Source of the DNA: Mustelus asterias
Taxonomy: Eukaryota
DNA: 64,000 nucleotides
NCBI RefSeq assembly: GCF_964213995.1
Contig: NC_135817.1
Span: forward strand, 70,804,001 to 70,868,000
Direction: 5' to 3'
Each line of letters begins with the position of its first letter. Positions within the stretch are counted from its first letter, which is position 1. Both the position numbers and the translations under genes were made by a program. Shown piece by piece: positions 1 through 12,824 of the stretch. Below the pieces are notes generated by a model, which was not told the origin of the DNA, ran no database searches, and saw only the letters and a program-made list of their open reading frames with translations.

Positions 1-842
1 GGCTGGGAATCCTGCAGTGACTAACTCACTTCCTGACTCCCCAAAATCTATCGACCATCTACAAAGCACAGGTCAGGAGTATAATGCAATGCTCTCCTTT
101 TGCCTTGATGAGTACAGCTCCAAGACTCAAGAAGCTCGACGCCTTCCAGGCCAAAGCAGCCCGCTTGACTGCTATCCTTTCCACAAACATTCAATCCCTC
201 CCCAGAAGGGAAAAAACAGTAGAACTGGGAAATAAGAATACTGGTCTCAACTAGTCCAAAGGTGTATGGGTTAGGTAGATTGGCCATGCTAAATTTTCCC
301 CCAGTGTACCCAAACAGGCACCAGAGTGTGGCGACTAGGGGATTTTCACAGTAACTTCATTGCAGTGTTAATGTAAGCATACTTGTGACTAATAAATAAA
401 CTTTACTTTACTTTACTTTAAGTAAAATGGAACAACAGTAACATGGGGAAATAAGAATATTGGTCCAGACCATTTTTTCCACACAGTGGCAACCATGTGT
501 ACCACCTACAAGATGCACCGCAGGGGCTCACCAAGATCCCTTAGACAGCACCTTCCAAATCTGCAACCACTACTATCTTGGAGGACAAGAGCAGCAGACA
601 CATGGGAACACCACCAGCTGCAACTTTCTTTCCAAGCCACTCACTATCCTGACTTGGAAATATATCTCTGTTCCTTCAGTGCTGCTGGGTCAACATTCTG
701 GAACTCCAACAACACTGTGGATGTAGCTACACCATAGAAACTGCAGTGAAACAAGAAGGAAGCTCACCACCACCTTCTCAAGGGTAATTCAGGATGGGCA
801 GTAAGTGCTGGCCAGCCAGTGATGCCCATGACTGAGTAAAAG
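1..842 (+). mobile_element. Degenerate 3' part of a CR1-group LINE (same family as 59690-62690), interrupted by a SINE tail
   Basis: Decayed RT C-terminus matching in type the minus-strand ORF 21080-21493 (IYKAEVRSVMEYSPL, CTTYKMH); ends in gggtaattcaggatgggcagtaagtgctggccagccagtgatgcccatg. Confidence 0.7.
252..421 (+). mobile_element. 3' part of HE1-like SINE, tail type B, ending in (CTTTA)n
   Basis: gtgtggcgactaggggattttcacagtaacttcattgcagtgttaatgtaagc...aataaataaactttactttac is shared with more than ten other copies in the window. Confidence 0.85.
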
Positions 843-1491
843 AAATGTACCATGTCAACCACATTGCCTCCCACTGTTACCCCCTCATCAAAGACTTGGT
901 GAATTTATTGAGATATAATTTTTCCTTCACAAATATGTGCTGGTCCTCCTTTTTTATCCATGCTTGCCCCAGTGGCTGTTAATTGTCTTCAATATTATTA
1001 ATATTTCCAAATGTTTCCATACCATCAGTGTTAATCAGATTGGTTGGAATTGCCAGGTTTACCCTCACTCCTTTTTGATCAAGGGTGTAACAGTTGCAGG
1101 CTTCAATATTTTTGACACCAATCTAACATCTGAGAAGAATTGGGAAGCTGTGGTCAGGGGCTCTATAATTTATATTCTTATTTCCCTTAGCAACCTAATG
1201 ATCAGGCTTAACTACTTTAACTAATGCAGCCTTTCTGGCCCCTCTTCTATATTTACTTTTCCCAACAACGTCCTCATTTATCAGAACGCTGGCAAACCCT
1301 CTTCCTTGGTTTACGCCCATTCAAAGTACTCATTTAAGTACCTAGGCCCTACTTTCCCCATTCACTAATAGAGTTTAATTTTAGTCCCTAATAAGGCCCA
1401 ACAATGGCAACCTTTACTCTTCATATGCCATCGAAAACCTTTGAACCTTTTTGCTAATCACCAAGTTATTTGCATCCATCTATTTGCCCCT

Positions 1492-1769
1492 TGTGGTGAA
1501 CCATAGATGGTTACCACTATGGGTACTTGTACATATGTTACTCTTGTTACTGTTGGGGTTAGGGTTTGGGTGTTCCACCTGTTATTATTGTTTATGTGGT
1601 ACACTCCGTTCGGCTCCGCCTTCTTACAGGAGTATAAAGGTCACTGCTACTTCCTAGTAGCCCTTAGTCTGGGATAATATTGTTAAGTAGCGTGCTCCTA
1701 TCTTGTTGTGAATAAAAGCCTTTATTCCCAGGTACGTCCTAGCCTTCCGTGTGAATCAATCGCGCATCA
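1492..1769 (+). mobile_element. Solo LTR of a Gypsy family related to the element at 38709
   Basis: TG...CA ends (tgtggtgaacc...cgcgcatca), 5-bp TSD CCCCT at 1487-1491 and 1770-1774, internal TATAAA and AATAAA; start identical to the 38709 LTR. Confidence 0.9.
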
Positions 1770-2330
1770 CCCCTCTTATTTCCTTTTCATTTCCATTTCA
1801 CCTTCAGTCTGACTCTCCCTTGTATTATTAAGTTGAAGTCTGTCACATGCTCCCCCTTTCTGCTTTTCCTATTCTCCCATGCCTTTGTTATCCAGGGAGC
1901 AATGGCTTTGGCTGTGGGAATAAGGTGGGAAAGTGGAGATAAGGATTATAGAATCAAGACATTTTATAGCACAAAAGGAGGCCATTCGGCCCATTGTATC
2001 TGCACCAGCTCCAGAAAGAGCTACCCGGCTTGTCCCATTCTCCAGCCCTATCTCTTCCGTCCCCCTCTAAATTCATCACTTTCTAAATATGTATCCAGCT
2101 CTCTTTTGAAATCTCCTATGGAATTCACTTCCACCACTCTCCCCAGTAGCGCATTCCAAATCCCAGCAACTCTCTGAGTAAAGAAGTTTCTCCTTATCTC
2201 ATTCCTAGCTCTCTTGCTGACCATCTTGAAATTGTAACCTCTCTAGTCACTGACATACCAACTAGTGGAAACAGAATATCCTCGTAACCTTGAACATCTT
2301 AATAATGTCACCTCTTAACCTTCTCTGCCT

Positions 2331-3490
2331 CATGGTAGACTGGTGCATCCTCATGGCAGACTGGTACAGAAGGGATTGGAGGTGAGCTGGCAAGGTGGAT
2401 ACAGAACTGGTTCAGTCATAGAAGACAGAGGGTAGCGGTGGAAGGATGCGTTTCTGAATGGAGGGCTGTGACAAGTGGTGTTCCTCAGGGATCAGTGCTG
2501 GGACCTTTGCTGTTTGTAATATATATAAATGATCTAGAGGAAAATGTAACTGGTTTGATTAGTATGTTTGTGGATAACACAAAGGTTGGTGGATATGCGG
2601 AAAGCCATGAAGACCATACAAGGATACAGCAGGATATAGATCGGTTGGAGACTTGGGTGGGGAGATGGCAGATGGCGTTTAATCCGGACAAATGTGAGGT
2701 AATGCATTTTGGAAGGTCTAATACAGATAGGAAATACACAGTAAATGGTAGAACCCTTAAGAGTATTGATAGACAGAGGGATCTGGGTGTACAGGTACAC
2801 AGGTCACTGAAAGTGGCAACACAGGTGGAGAAGGTAATCAAGAAGGCATACAGCATGCTTGCCTTCATTGGCTGGGCCATTGAGTTTAAAAATTGGCAAG
2901 TGATGTTGCAGCTTTATAGAACCTTAGTTAGGCTGCACCTGGAATATAGTGTTCAATTCTGATCTCCTCACTACCAGAAGGATGTGGAGGCTTTGGAGAG
3001 GGTACAGAAAAGATTTACCAGGATGTTGCCTGGTATGGAGGGCATTAGCTATGAGGAGAGGTTGCAGAAACTTGGTTTGTTCTCATTGGAATGACAGAGG
3101 TTGAGGGGCGACCTGATAGAAGTCTACAAGATTATGAGTGGCATGGACAGAGTGGATAGTCAGAAGCTTTTTCCCAAGGTGGAAGAGTCAATTACTGGGG
3201 GCATAGGTTTAAGGTGCGAGGGGCAAGGTTTAAAGGAGATGTACGAGGCAAGTTTTTTATACAGAGGGTGGTGGGTGCCTGGAACTCACTGCCAGGGGAG
3301 GTAGTGGAAACAGATACGATAGTAACTTTTAAGGGGTGTCTTGACAAATACATGAATAGGATGGGAATGGAGGGATATGGTCCCCAGAAGGGTGGGGGTT
3401 TTAGTTCAGTCGGGCAGCATGTTCGGTGCAGGCTTGGAGGGCCGAAGGGCCTGTTCCTCAGCTGTAATTTTCTTTACTCTTTTTGTTCTT
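2331..3490 (+). mobile_element. 5'-truncated CR1/HER1 LINE
   Basis: ORF 2438-2962 RT motifs (GVPQGSVLGPLLF, FNPDKC); broken C-terminal ORFs 3101-3552; 3' tail gggccgaagggcctgtt. Confidence 0.92.
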
Positions 3491-4039
3491 TGAGAGTAAG
3501 CCCAATTACTCCAATCTTTCCTTGTATCCAAAATTCCTCATTCCTTGTATAATTTTGGTAAATCTGCTTTGCACTCTAGGGTTTTAACATCGTATATAAC
3601 TTTATGTCAGATCATTCATGATATCTTTGAATGTCAGAGTAGACTTGATGGGCCGAATGGCCTACTTCTGCTCCCACATCTTGTGGTCCTATGGCTGTGC
3701 TCCCTTCCTCCTTTGGTAGAATGAGCCAAGAACGTACCCAAACCATCACTTCTTGAAAAGCCGTCCAGTGCCCCATTGCATTTCTGCCTGCCAATTTTTG
3801 ACTCCCAAGTTATTCAAGGCAGATCCTTCCTCAGCTCAATGAGAAATAATCCTCCTCTAGTTAAGTATTTTCATTTTTGATTGCTCTTATGTTATTGGCA
3901 TGTGGACTTTTGACGTTCACTTCTGATACAGCTTGCACTGATTTTCATATTGCTGTGGGTGATAAATGAGCATTACTTGCGAAGGATATATGGCGGGTGG
4001 GCCACTTTCCTATGAGAGACAGAGAGGGAGGCATGCCAG

Positions 4040-4770
4040 TGATTATGGTACAATGTGTTTGGGTGGCGTGCCTGCCATGGTTGAACAGCTGGTAGTATCG
4101 GGAAGCTGGGAGAGTATGGGAGCTGAAGAATATGAATGTGAGGTTTGAGTTGTGATTGACACTGACTGTTGATTAGTAGTGGAAAGGGTGTTATGAATGG
4201 AGTGCTGTGTGAGACTAGTGGTGCCGTTAGAAGGATATGTCACGTTTAAATGCATCCACTTGCATATGAGATCATGAAACCTCTTGTGGCACTGCATCCA
4301 GGGCCTATCTCCAGAATATTGGCATTGACCACCACAGTGACCTACTGCTCATCCCTTCCAGGCACTTGTCTGGACAGTCTCCTGGTCTCTAGATGGGTGA
4401 GAACCTCTCTCCTTTGGTCAGTCTCCTGCACCAGCAACTCCTGGACCATATCTGAAAACCTGGGGGCAAGCGTTATGCTTTTGGACTCCTTCCTAAAGGT
4501 CTTCAAATGTTACCTAAGTGTTGCTGCAGGCAGAATTCACCTCTGCTTTAAGTGGTGCAGGCAGACTTTTAAGTAGTGCAGGTTAGATTAGTGGTGCTGG
4601 CCTTATGCAAGCGTGGGTTCCTGCCATGATGTAGAGCCACTCAGCACCACCCTTACTGCTGGGCTGCATGCCACCGTCATGGAAACAGATAGGGGCATGA
4701 CCCTTGCGTTCTCCCTGTGTCTGCTTGAAACGGATGGGGTAATCACACAACATAATCCCAGGCCCTAATT
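4040..4770 (-). mobile_element. PIF/Harbinger remnant with Myb/SANT-like ORF fragment
   Basis: Minus-strand pieces read FSDMVQELLVQETDQRREVL...WMQCHKRFHDLI, typical of the Harbinger Myb/SANT-like protein. Confidence 0.6.
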
Positions 4771-4857
4771 TGGGGAAAATATTTAATTTAGCCCCATGGT
4801 TCATTCATTAGGATAAGTATGCATGAAATTTCACAATAAAAAATTCCTAAAACAATT

Positions 4858-5432
4858 TACTGCAATTGTATATGGCATTGGTGAGGCCACACCTGGAATA
4901 TTGCATGCAGTTTTATTTGAGATAGGATGTCCTTGCTATAGAGGGAGTGCAGTGAAGGTTTACCAGGCTGATTCCTGGAATGACAGGTCCGTCATATGAG
5001 GAGAGACTAAATCAGTTAGGATTGTATTCATTGGAATTTAGAAGATTGAGAGGGGATCTCATAGAAACATAAAATTCTAACAGGGTTAGACAGGGTAGAT
5101 TCAGAAAGAATGTCCCCATTGGTGAGGGAGCCCAGAACTAGGGGTCATTGTTTGAGGATAATTGATAAACATTTTAGAACTGAGATGAGAAGAAGTTTCT
5201 TCACCCAGAGGGTGGTGAATGTATGGAATTCACTACAACAGGATGTAGTTGAGGCCAAAGCATTGTGTGATTTCAAGAAGAAATTAGAAAGAAGCTCTTG
5301 GAGATAAAGATATCAGGGGATATGGGAGGAAGGGGGAGGTCAGGATATTGAATTTGATGATCAGCCATGACCATAATGAATGGCAGAGCAGGCTCAAAGG
5401 GCCCAATGGTTACCCCTGCCTCTTGTTTCTAT
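4858..5432 (+). mobile_element. CR1 LINE 3' fragment
   Basis: RTRGH...RSFFTQRVVNVWNSL C-terminal motif and CR1 3' UTR. Confidence 0.88.
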
Positions 5433-5621
5433 AAATTCATGAAAAATGAATCAATGAATTAACATCTCCACACTCAATTATTCTGAAGTAATGACATGAA
5501 ATTGTTTATTGTGATAGAAATGAAAAGCACATAAGATTTGCTGGGCCTTAGCAGAAAACATGTCATGAATTGTCACATGTGTTTTGCACCAATTCTTTTT
5601 AATAAGTTATCTAATTGTCGG

Positions 5622-5780
5622 TATATAATTAAGCACCGAAAGTTCATTTCAAACAGGAAGGCTGATGTCAAAGGAACCCACAAAACTGCGCTTCACGTTT
5701 TTAACAGAACATAACTGTCCGGCCCCACCTACAACATCAGAGCTATTGCTATCCCTGTTCCAGATCTGAACTTGCCAATT
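5622..5780 (+). promoter_or_regulatory. Putative proximal promoter of the IgSF gene
   Basis: Unique sequence just upstream of the leader exon containing ACAGGAAG (ETS-like, 5653-5660), TGATGTCA (CRE-like, 5663-5670), TCAAAG and CCAAT; motif inspection only. Confidence 0.3.
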
Positions 5781-5786
5781 CAATCG

Positions 5787-5853
5787 ATGCTGGGCAAAAT
5801 GTCTTTGTTCATTAATTGTTTTACCAAGTGGATTGTCCTCATGGTTTCACTAG
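5787..5853 (+). CDS. IgSF V-C1 receptor exon 1 (signal peptide MLGKMSLFINCFTKWIVLMVSLG)
   Basis: ATG 5787, hydrophobic leader, strong donor AG|gtaagg at 5854, phase 1, in frame with the V exon. Confidence 0.7.
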
Positions 5854-6262
5854 GTAAGGATACTTTCTCTATTTCTGACAATATGAGTGAAGTTGAGAGA
5901 ATATCTGTGCAATAGTTTTAAGTTGCTGCTGGCACTGATAGTTATCTTCCTATCATCAAAGTCGGTGGCTTGCAAAGATTTTTGTTTTTGGTCAAGTACT
6001 CAGGTGGCATAAATATCATATTCGTTTCACAGAGATCCAAGTGAGTTGAAAAGGAATCTGTCATGAGTTTGAAAGGAAATTGCACGTTGCATTTGGGTGC
6101 AGAAAATATATATTGTGCTGCAGCTAGTAAGGCAGCAGTATTAATTTTATCAATCTTACTTCCCACTATCTATGAGATTTTTCATGTCATTTTAACCAAA
6201 AATCAATTAAAATTCAGAAACCTTTGTTCTAAATCTTCCACATTGCTGCATAGTGAATGTAT

Positions 6263-8338
6263 TTTCAAGGAACAAATACTGGGTGTCGTTGATAGGTATG
6301 TCCCTGTCAGGCAGGGAGGAAATGGCCGAGTGAGGGAACCATGGTTCACGAAAGAGGTGGAATGTCTTGTGAAAAGGAAGAGGGAAGCTTATGTAGGGAT
6401 GAGGAAACAAGGTTCAGATGGCTCGATTGAGGGTTACAAGTTAGCAAGGAACGAGCTGAAAAATGGGCTTAGGAGAGCTAGGAGTGGACATGAGAAGTCC
6501 TTGGCGGGTCGGATCAAGGAAAACCCCAAGGCTTTTTACTCCTATGTGAGGAATAAAAGAATGACCAGGGTGAGGTTAGGGCCGGTCAAGGACAGTAGTG
6601 GGGACTTGTGTATGGAGTCAGTAGAGATAGGCGAGGTGATGAATGAATACTTTTCTTCAGTGTTCACCAAGGAGAGGGGCCATGTTTTTGAGGAAGAGAA
6701 GGTGTTACAGGCTAATAGGCTGGAGGAAATAGATGTTCAGAGGGAGGATGACCTGGCAGTTTTGAATAAACTGAAGGTCGATAAGTCCCCTGGGCCTGAT
6801 GAAATATATCCTAGGATTCTTTGGGAAGCAAGGGATGAGATTGCAGAGCCTTTGGCTTTGATCTTTGGGTCCTCACTGTCCACGGGGATGGTGCCAGAGG
6901 ACTGGAGAATGGCGAATGTTGTTCCTCTGTTTAAGAAAGGGAATAGAAATGACCCTGGTAATTATAGACCGGTTAGTCTTACTTCGGTGGTTGGTAAATT
7001 GATGGAAAAGGTCCTTAGGGATGGGATTTACGACCATTTAGGAAGATGCGGATTAATCCGGGATAGTCAGCACAGATTCATGAAGGGCAAGTCGTGCCTC
7101 ACAAATTTGATGGAATTTTTTTGAGGAGGTAACTAAGTGTGTTGATGAAGGTAGGGCAGTTGATGTCATATACATGGATTTTAGTAAGGCGTTTGATAAG
7201 GTCCCCCATGGTCGGCTTATGATGAAAGTGAGGAGGTGTGGGATAGAGGGAAAGTTGGCCGATTGGATAGGTAACTGGCTGTCTGATCGAAGACAGAGGG
7301 TGGTGGTGGATGGAAAATTTTCAGATTGGAGGCAGGTTGCTAGCGGAGTGCCGCAGGGATCAGTGCTTGGTCCTCTGCTCTTTGTGGTTTTTATTAATGA
7401 CTTAGAGGAGAGGGCTGAAGGGTGGATCAGTAAATTTGCTGATGACACCAAGATTGGTGGAGTAGTGGATGAGATGGAGGGCTGTTGTAGGCTGCAAAGA
7501 GACATAGATAGGATGCAAAGCTGGGCTGAAAAATGGCAAATGGAGTTTAACCCTGATAAATGTGAGGTGATTCATTTTGGTAGGACTAATTTAAATGTGG
7601 ATTACAGGGTCAAAGGTAGGGTTCTGAAGACTGTGGAGGAACAGAGAGATCTTGGGGTCCATATCCACAGATCTCTAAAGGTTGCCACTCAAGTGGATAG
7701 AGCTGTGAAGAAGGCCTATAGTGTGTTAGCTTTTATTAACAGGAGGTTGGAGTTTAAGAGCCGTGGGGTTATGCTGCAACTGTACAGGACCTTGGTGTGA
7801 CCACATTTGGAATATTGTGTGCAGTTCTGGTCACCTCACTATAAGAAGGATGTGGAAGCGCTGGAAAGAGTGCAGAGGAGATTAACCAGGATGCTGCCTG
7901 GTTTGGAGGGTAGGTCTTATGAGGAATGGTTGAGGGAGCTAGGACTGTTCTCTCTGGAGCGGAGGAGGCTGAGGGGAGACTTAATAGAGGTTTATAAAAT
8001 GATGAAGGGGATAGATAGAGTGAACGTTCAAAGACTATTTCCTCGGGTGGATGGAGCTATTACAAGGGGGCATAACTATAGGGTTCGTGGTGGGAGATAT
8101 AGGAAGGATATCAGAGGTAGGTTCTTTACGCAGAGAGTGGTTGGGGTGTGGAATGGACTGCCTGCAGTGATAGTGGAGTCAGACACTTTAGGAACATTTA
8201 AGCGGTTATTGGATAGGCACATGGAGCACACCAGGATGATAGGGAGTGGGATAGCTTGATCTTGGTTTCAGATAAAGCTCGGCACAACATCGTGTGCCGA
8301 GGGGCCTGTTCTGTGCTGTACTGTTCTATGTTCTATGT
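6263..8338 (+). mobile_element. 5'-truncated CR1/HER1 LINE in intron 1 (frameshift and stop)
   Basis: ORFs 6063-7124, 7174-7800 and 7807-8259 give KSPGPD, NYRPVSLTS, DFSKAFD, FADD; tail ttctatgttctatg. Confidence 0.95.
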
Positions 8339-8500
8339 ATCCTCACTGTTAGCAAGGTAATACATGCCTTTGAAGCAGGCACTTCCATCATTTTACATAC
8401 CTTAAAACTCTTCTATGCAAACAATGCATCATTACTGTTAGTAGGCTACCGAGGACAGTAAGAGACATAGGCCAACCAATAGACAATATGTTGGCATTTT

Positions 8501-9112
8501 AAAGTTTATTTATTAGTGTCACAGGTAGGCTTACATTAATGCTGCAATGAAGTTACGGTGAAAATCACCTAGTCACCACACTCCGACGCCTGTTCACGTA
8601 CTCTGAGGGAGAATTTAGCACGGCCAATGCACCTAACCAGCACATCTTTCAGACTATGTGAGGAAACCAAAGCACCCAGAGGAAACTCTTGGGTGGCACA
8701 GTGGTTAACGCTGCTGCCTCACAGCACCAGGGAACCAGGTTCGATTCCCATCTTGGGTCCCTGTCTATACAGAGTCTGCACGTTCTCCCCGTGTCTGCAT
8801 GGGTTTCCTCTGGGTGCTCCGGTTTCCTCCCACAGTTCAAAGACGTGCTGGTTTGGTGAATTGGCCATGCTCAATTCTCCCTCAGTGTGCCCCGAACAGG
8901 CGCCAGAGTGTGGCGACTAGGGGATTTTCACAGTAACTTCATTGAAGTGTGAACGTAAGCCTACTTGTGACTAATAAATAAACTTTTGCTTTTCTTTAAG
9001 GCAGGGAGTGAATGTGCAGACTCTGACAGACAGTGACCCAAGCCAGGAATCGAACTCAGGTCCCTGGCGCTGTGGGGCAGCAGTGTTAACCACCGTGCCA
9101 CCGTGCCACCCC
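8501..9112 (-). mobile_element. HE1-like SINE (tail B) with a second copy (about 8691-8998, + strand) nested in opposite orientation
   Basis: Minus-strand SINE split at about 8690/9000 by a plus-strand copy with A/B-box head. Confidence 0.85.
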
Positions 9113-9518
9113 AGGCATTTAAGCAGGACCATGAAGGTATTGGAACCTGAGAAATATCCTAATCTGTTGTTGTGCTGACAACGATCTCAGTGATGCACTC
9201 TCAATCTAGCCCATTTTATTGGAAAGACATTAAACTGTCACTGAACCAGACAAGGATATTATAAACATCTTGTGACAAAGCACATTGATATTACAAACCT
9301 CTTGGTCTTTCAAATGGCTATTTCAAATCCCACAATTAACTTGCATGATTAAAGTAAACAGCGATATGTTTTTCCATGACAGATTTTTAATTGATTGGCC
9401 AAGATTTCATACCTTGATTGCATTCTTCCCGGAATCAAATCTTGATTAAAAGTGGAAGAAAAATGAAGGCAACTTATGCTGACCTGCAGAACCCTTGCTC
9501 ATTAAGGATGATCATTTC

Positions 9519-9805
9519 AAAGTTTATTTATTAGTCACAAGTAGGCTTACATTAACACTGCAATGAAGTTACTGTGAAAATCCCCTAGTCGCCACAATCC
9601 GGCGCCTGTTCAGGTACACAGAGGGAGAATTTAGCATGACCAATTCACCTAACCTGCACACCTTTGGCCTGTGGGAGGAAACTGGAGCACCCGGAGGAAA
9701 CCCGCGCAGACACGGGGAGAATGTGCAAACTCCGCACAGACAGTGACCCAAGCCGGGAATCGAACCCAGGCCCCTGGCGTTGTGAGGTAGCAGTGCTAAT
9801 CACTG
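9519..9805 (-). mobile_element. HE1-like SINE (tail B)
   Basis: tRNA-derived head, V-SINE core and tail B. Confidence 0.9.
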
Positions 9806-9912
9806 TTCAATCATAATTTTAAAGCCCTGTCTTTGATGAATAGGTGGATTCACAGAGAGATATTTCAAATAGTTTTTAACTAACAGTGCTAATTTATTTT
9901 GATTTTTCACAG

Positions 9913-10290
9913 GAACAGTTTTGACACATGGTGAAGACCAAGTTTCCCAAACCCCAGCAGTACTCAGAGCATTCAAGGGAGAAAGCGCGACAATCACTTG
10001 TTCCTACTGGTACCATCACTTTCAGGTAGAATTAATGTCTGTCTCCTGGTGGCGGGATATGTGGAAAGTGCCTGTGTGTAGAGTATATTACATGAATGAT
10101 ACACTGATACAGAGTCCTGGGTGTGATAGACGAGCGAGCATTACTTTGGAGATCAACGCTGCGGTTACACACTTTACCATCCAAGATCTCCAACTGAATG
10201 ACACAGACCTTTATTACTGTATGATTCAATTTTCTGTACCACCACCTACCAAAGAATTACATGGAAACAAAACAAGCCTCACAGTAGAAG
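9913..10290 (+). CDS. IgSF V-C1 receptor exon 2: VJ-type V domain, CD28/CTLA-4-like
   Basis: Acceptor tttttcacag|, donor AG|gtatga, phase 1-1; ATITC, VSWWR, DTDLYYC, second Cys pair (PVC...SPGC), FG-loop SVPPPT, G-strand HGNKTSLTV. Confidence 0.92.
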
Positions 10291-10377
10291 GTATGAATTA
10301 AAATCTTAAGTATGCCTGTAAATATATAATATACAGTATATCAATATACTAATGCATTTGGTAACAAAAATCTGTTG

Positions 10378-10810
10378 TTTGATTTGATTTATTATTATCA
10401 CATGTATTAACATACAGTGAAAAGTATTGTTTCTTGCGTGCTATACAGACAAAGCATACCTTTCATAGAGAAGGAAACGAGAGAGTGCAGAATGTAGTGT
10501 TACAGTCATAGCTAGGGTGTAGAGAAAGATCAACTTTATGCAAGGTAAGTCTATTCAAAAGTCTGACAGCAGCAGTGAAGAAGCTGTTCTTGAGTTGTTG
10601 AGGGTACGTGACCTCAGACTTTTGTATCTTTTTCCCGACGGAAGAAGGTGGAAGAGAGAATGTCCGGGGTGTGTGGGGTCCTTAATTATGCTGGCTGCTT
10701 TTCCGAGGCAGCGGGAAGTGTAGACAGAAGCTGGTTTGCGTGGTGGATTGGGCTACATTCACGACGTTTTGTAATTTGTTGCGGTCTTGGACAGAGCAGG
10801 AGCCATACCA
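10378..10810 (-). mobile_element. Rex1/Babar-type LINE 3' fragment
   Basis: Minus strand encodes a decayed C-terminus (LKNSF...AAVRLLN; cf. RTNRLKNSFFPAAVRLLN in the 44848 copy); tail (ATCAA)n. Confidence 0.65.
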
Positions 10811-11029
10811 AATCAAATGTTGTACATCAACTGGACAGAAACTAGTTTGAATTATAAACATCTTTGTGTAGAATTTTTTTTTAGATTACCATCTCCATAA
10901 AAACCAACATGTATGCCTATGTGTTATTGAATCAATGTGGAGCATTTAATTGAGAGATCAGCATCACTATATACACAATTCTTTTAAAAATCAAAATTTA
11001 GTAAAGCTTGTTACATTTCCTTTCCCAAG

Positions 11030-11338
11030 CTCCTCCAACGGTGGAAGTTAAAATTCTTGCCTGGCCTGAAAGTGGGTGTTGCATACAACTTGTTTGCAGA
11101 GCAGAGAACTTCTACCCTGGCAACATCCAACTGAGGTGGGGTAAAGAAGGAAAAGAAGGTTCGGTATGGATTCAGTCCGGTATCACTGTTACCGCAAACT
11201 ACAGCAATCTCAGAACAAGTTATGTCAACCTCTCTCACTGGGAGAACGGGGATGTATATTCATGTCACGTGAATCACTCCATGTTGCAAACCCCTATCGT
11301 TAGGAATCTCACCATATCGTTTAATGAACAGCATGAAG
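11030..11338 (+). CDS. IgSF V-C1 receptor exon 3: C1-set domain
   Basis: Acceptor ctttcccaag|, donor AG|gtattt, phase 1-1; LVCRAENFYPGNIQLRW and YSCHVNHSML are C1-set signatures. Confidence 0.9.
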
Positions 11339-12343
11339 GTATTTACAGCTTTACAGTTTTCGTCCCTTTCTTCACTTTAAAACCACTCTTTGTTTCCTTT
11401 TAACTGGAAAATGAAATTGTCTCGGTACTTTCAAGGTTCATTCTACATTCCCACTCTTTGTTTGTACTTAGAAAAAAATTGCAGGTTTAATAAATAAACC
11501 TGATATCTCTTGTATTTAAAACTTACTGCTTTGATCGTTGTGGACATGAAAAGCTCAGACATAGCAGAAGACCTTTTCACTAAAATATTGATAACCTGCT
11601 GCTATTCCCTCTGATTGCTCAGGCTAAAACTGCAAGTTAAGTTTATTTTTTATGAATTACGCTTATCCACAATCACAAAAAAATTAAGAAACCAATATGG
11701 GAATCTCAACCTCCCATGCCTATCCGGCAATTAAATGCCATTGGAGAACTCTCCCATTCCCGTGACTCGGGTTGAGGTAAAATTACGTCACCTTAAACTG
11801 GAAGTTAGTGGGGAGCCTGCCCCAAGAACAAGAAACTGGGCTGAAGACTGGAAAGGGTTTTCCAGGTCCCACCAGGTAAGTGTGCAGACCTCACCTGCCT
11901 CAAATTACACTCTTCGCAAATCATTCACCGCTTTCTCCCCTCCGCACAAAGGGACACCTACCCTAAGCCTTGTTCTGCCTTATCCTTCACAAATTCCCAC
12001 GGACTTACGGGCAATATCCCATCAACCATGTTTATAAACCTCAGGCCTATTCCCAACCAGATTTCATGCAGTCTTTGGTTATCCAGCAGTTAACTGAAAT
12101 TGTACTAGCTGTTTTACTTGAAATATTCTGAATATATTCTGAAACCTTGCTTGATGCTTGATAGCTTTATGCTCAATTAATGCTTCTCCAACACAGTTAT
12201 TTTCATGTTCTTTTCCGGACTAATCTAAACAAGAACAGTAAAACTTATTTGATTTGGGGAGAAATGTATTATATCGGTTATCAGATGATCTGATATTGTT
12301 GAAGCCGTTAATTCAAAGGCCTTCTTGTTTTTTTTTGTTGTAG

Positions 12344-12433
12344 ACAGGATGTATATATGGGTGGTGCTCGTTTCGTTGTGTGTAATTCTAGTAACGGGGC
12401 TCATCTATTTACTATTGAAGTGTTCAAGAAAAG
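12344..12433 (+). CDS. IgSF V-C1 receptor exon 4: transmembrane (DRMYIWVVLVSLCVILVTGLIYLLLKCSRK)
   Basis: Poly-T acceptor ttttgttgtag|, donor AG|gtaaga, phase 1-1, 23-residue hydrophobic helix followed by basic residues. Confidence 0.85.
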
Positions 12434-12824
12434 GTAAGATCCAGATTATTTTAAAAGATCAAAGTTGAAGTTTGTAGATAGCTTTTAATTGATATATGTG
12501 GAAGTAGAGTCGGTATTACTGTTTGCGCAACTTAATCCAGGTTCCTGTAGGTGGATCCAACAAGGCACTGAATTGAGTAAGTGCACTTCCACAGCCAGCT
12601 TACAGGATAACTGTGTCACTTGTATAATTGATAGCATGGTGTAGTGGGTCACAACACTGTCTTTTCATGTTTTAAACCAATTTTGTCATCTCAGTTCCAA
12701 CTGGATATGACCCCACAGTATGAGACTGCCCTTTGACATTCAGAGAGAGAGTGGACAGAATGTCTGGTGTAGGAATTGGAAGATGTCACAATGGGGCAGT
12801 GGGCGTATTCATGTGACACTGGGT

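Noticed and set aside
6063-7124. 353-aa ORF as a host gene
   Set aside because: Chance read-through from flanking DNA into a truncated CR1 ORF2.
9913-10290. Rearranging TCR/Ig V segment or NKp30
   Set aside because: No RSS, J-like strand already in the exon, followed by C1 and an uncharged TM with a long tyrosine-bearing tail.
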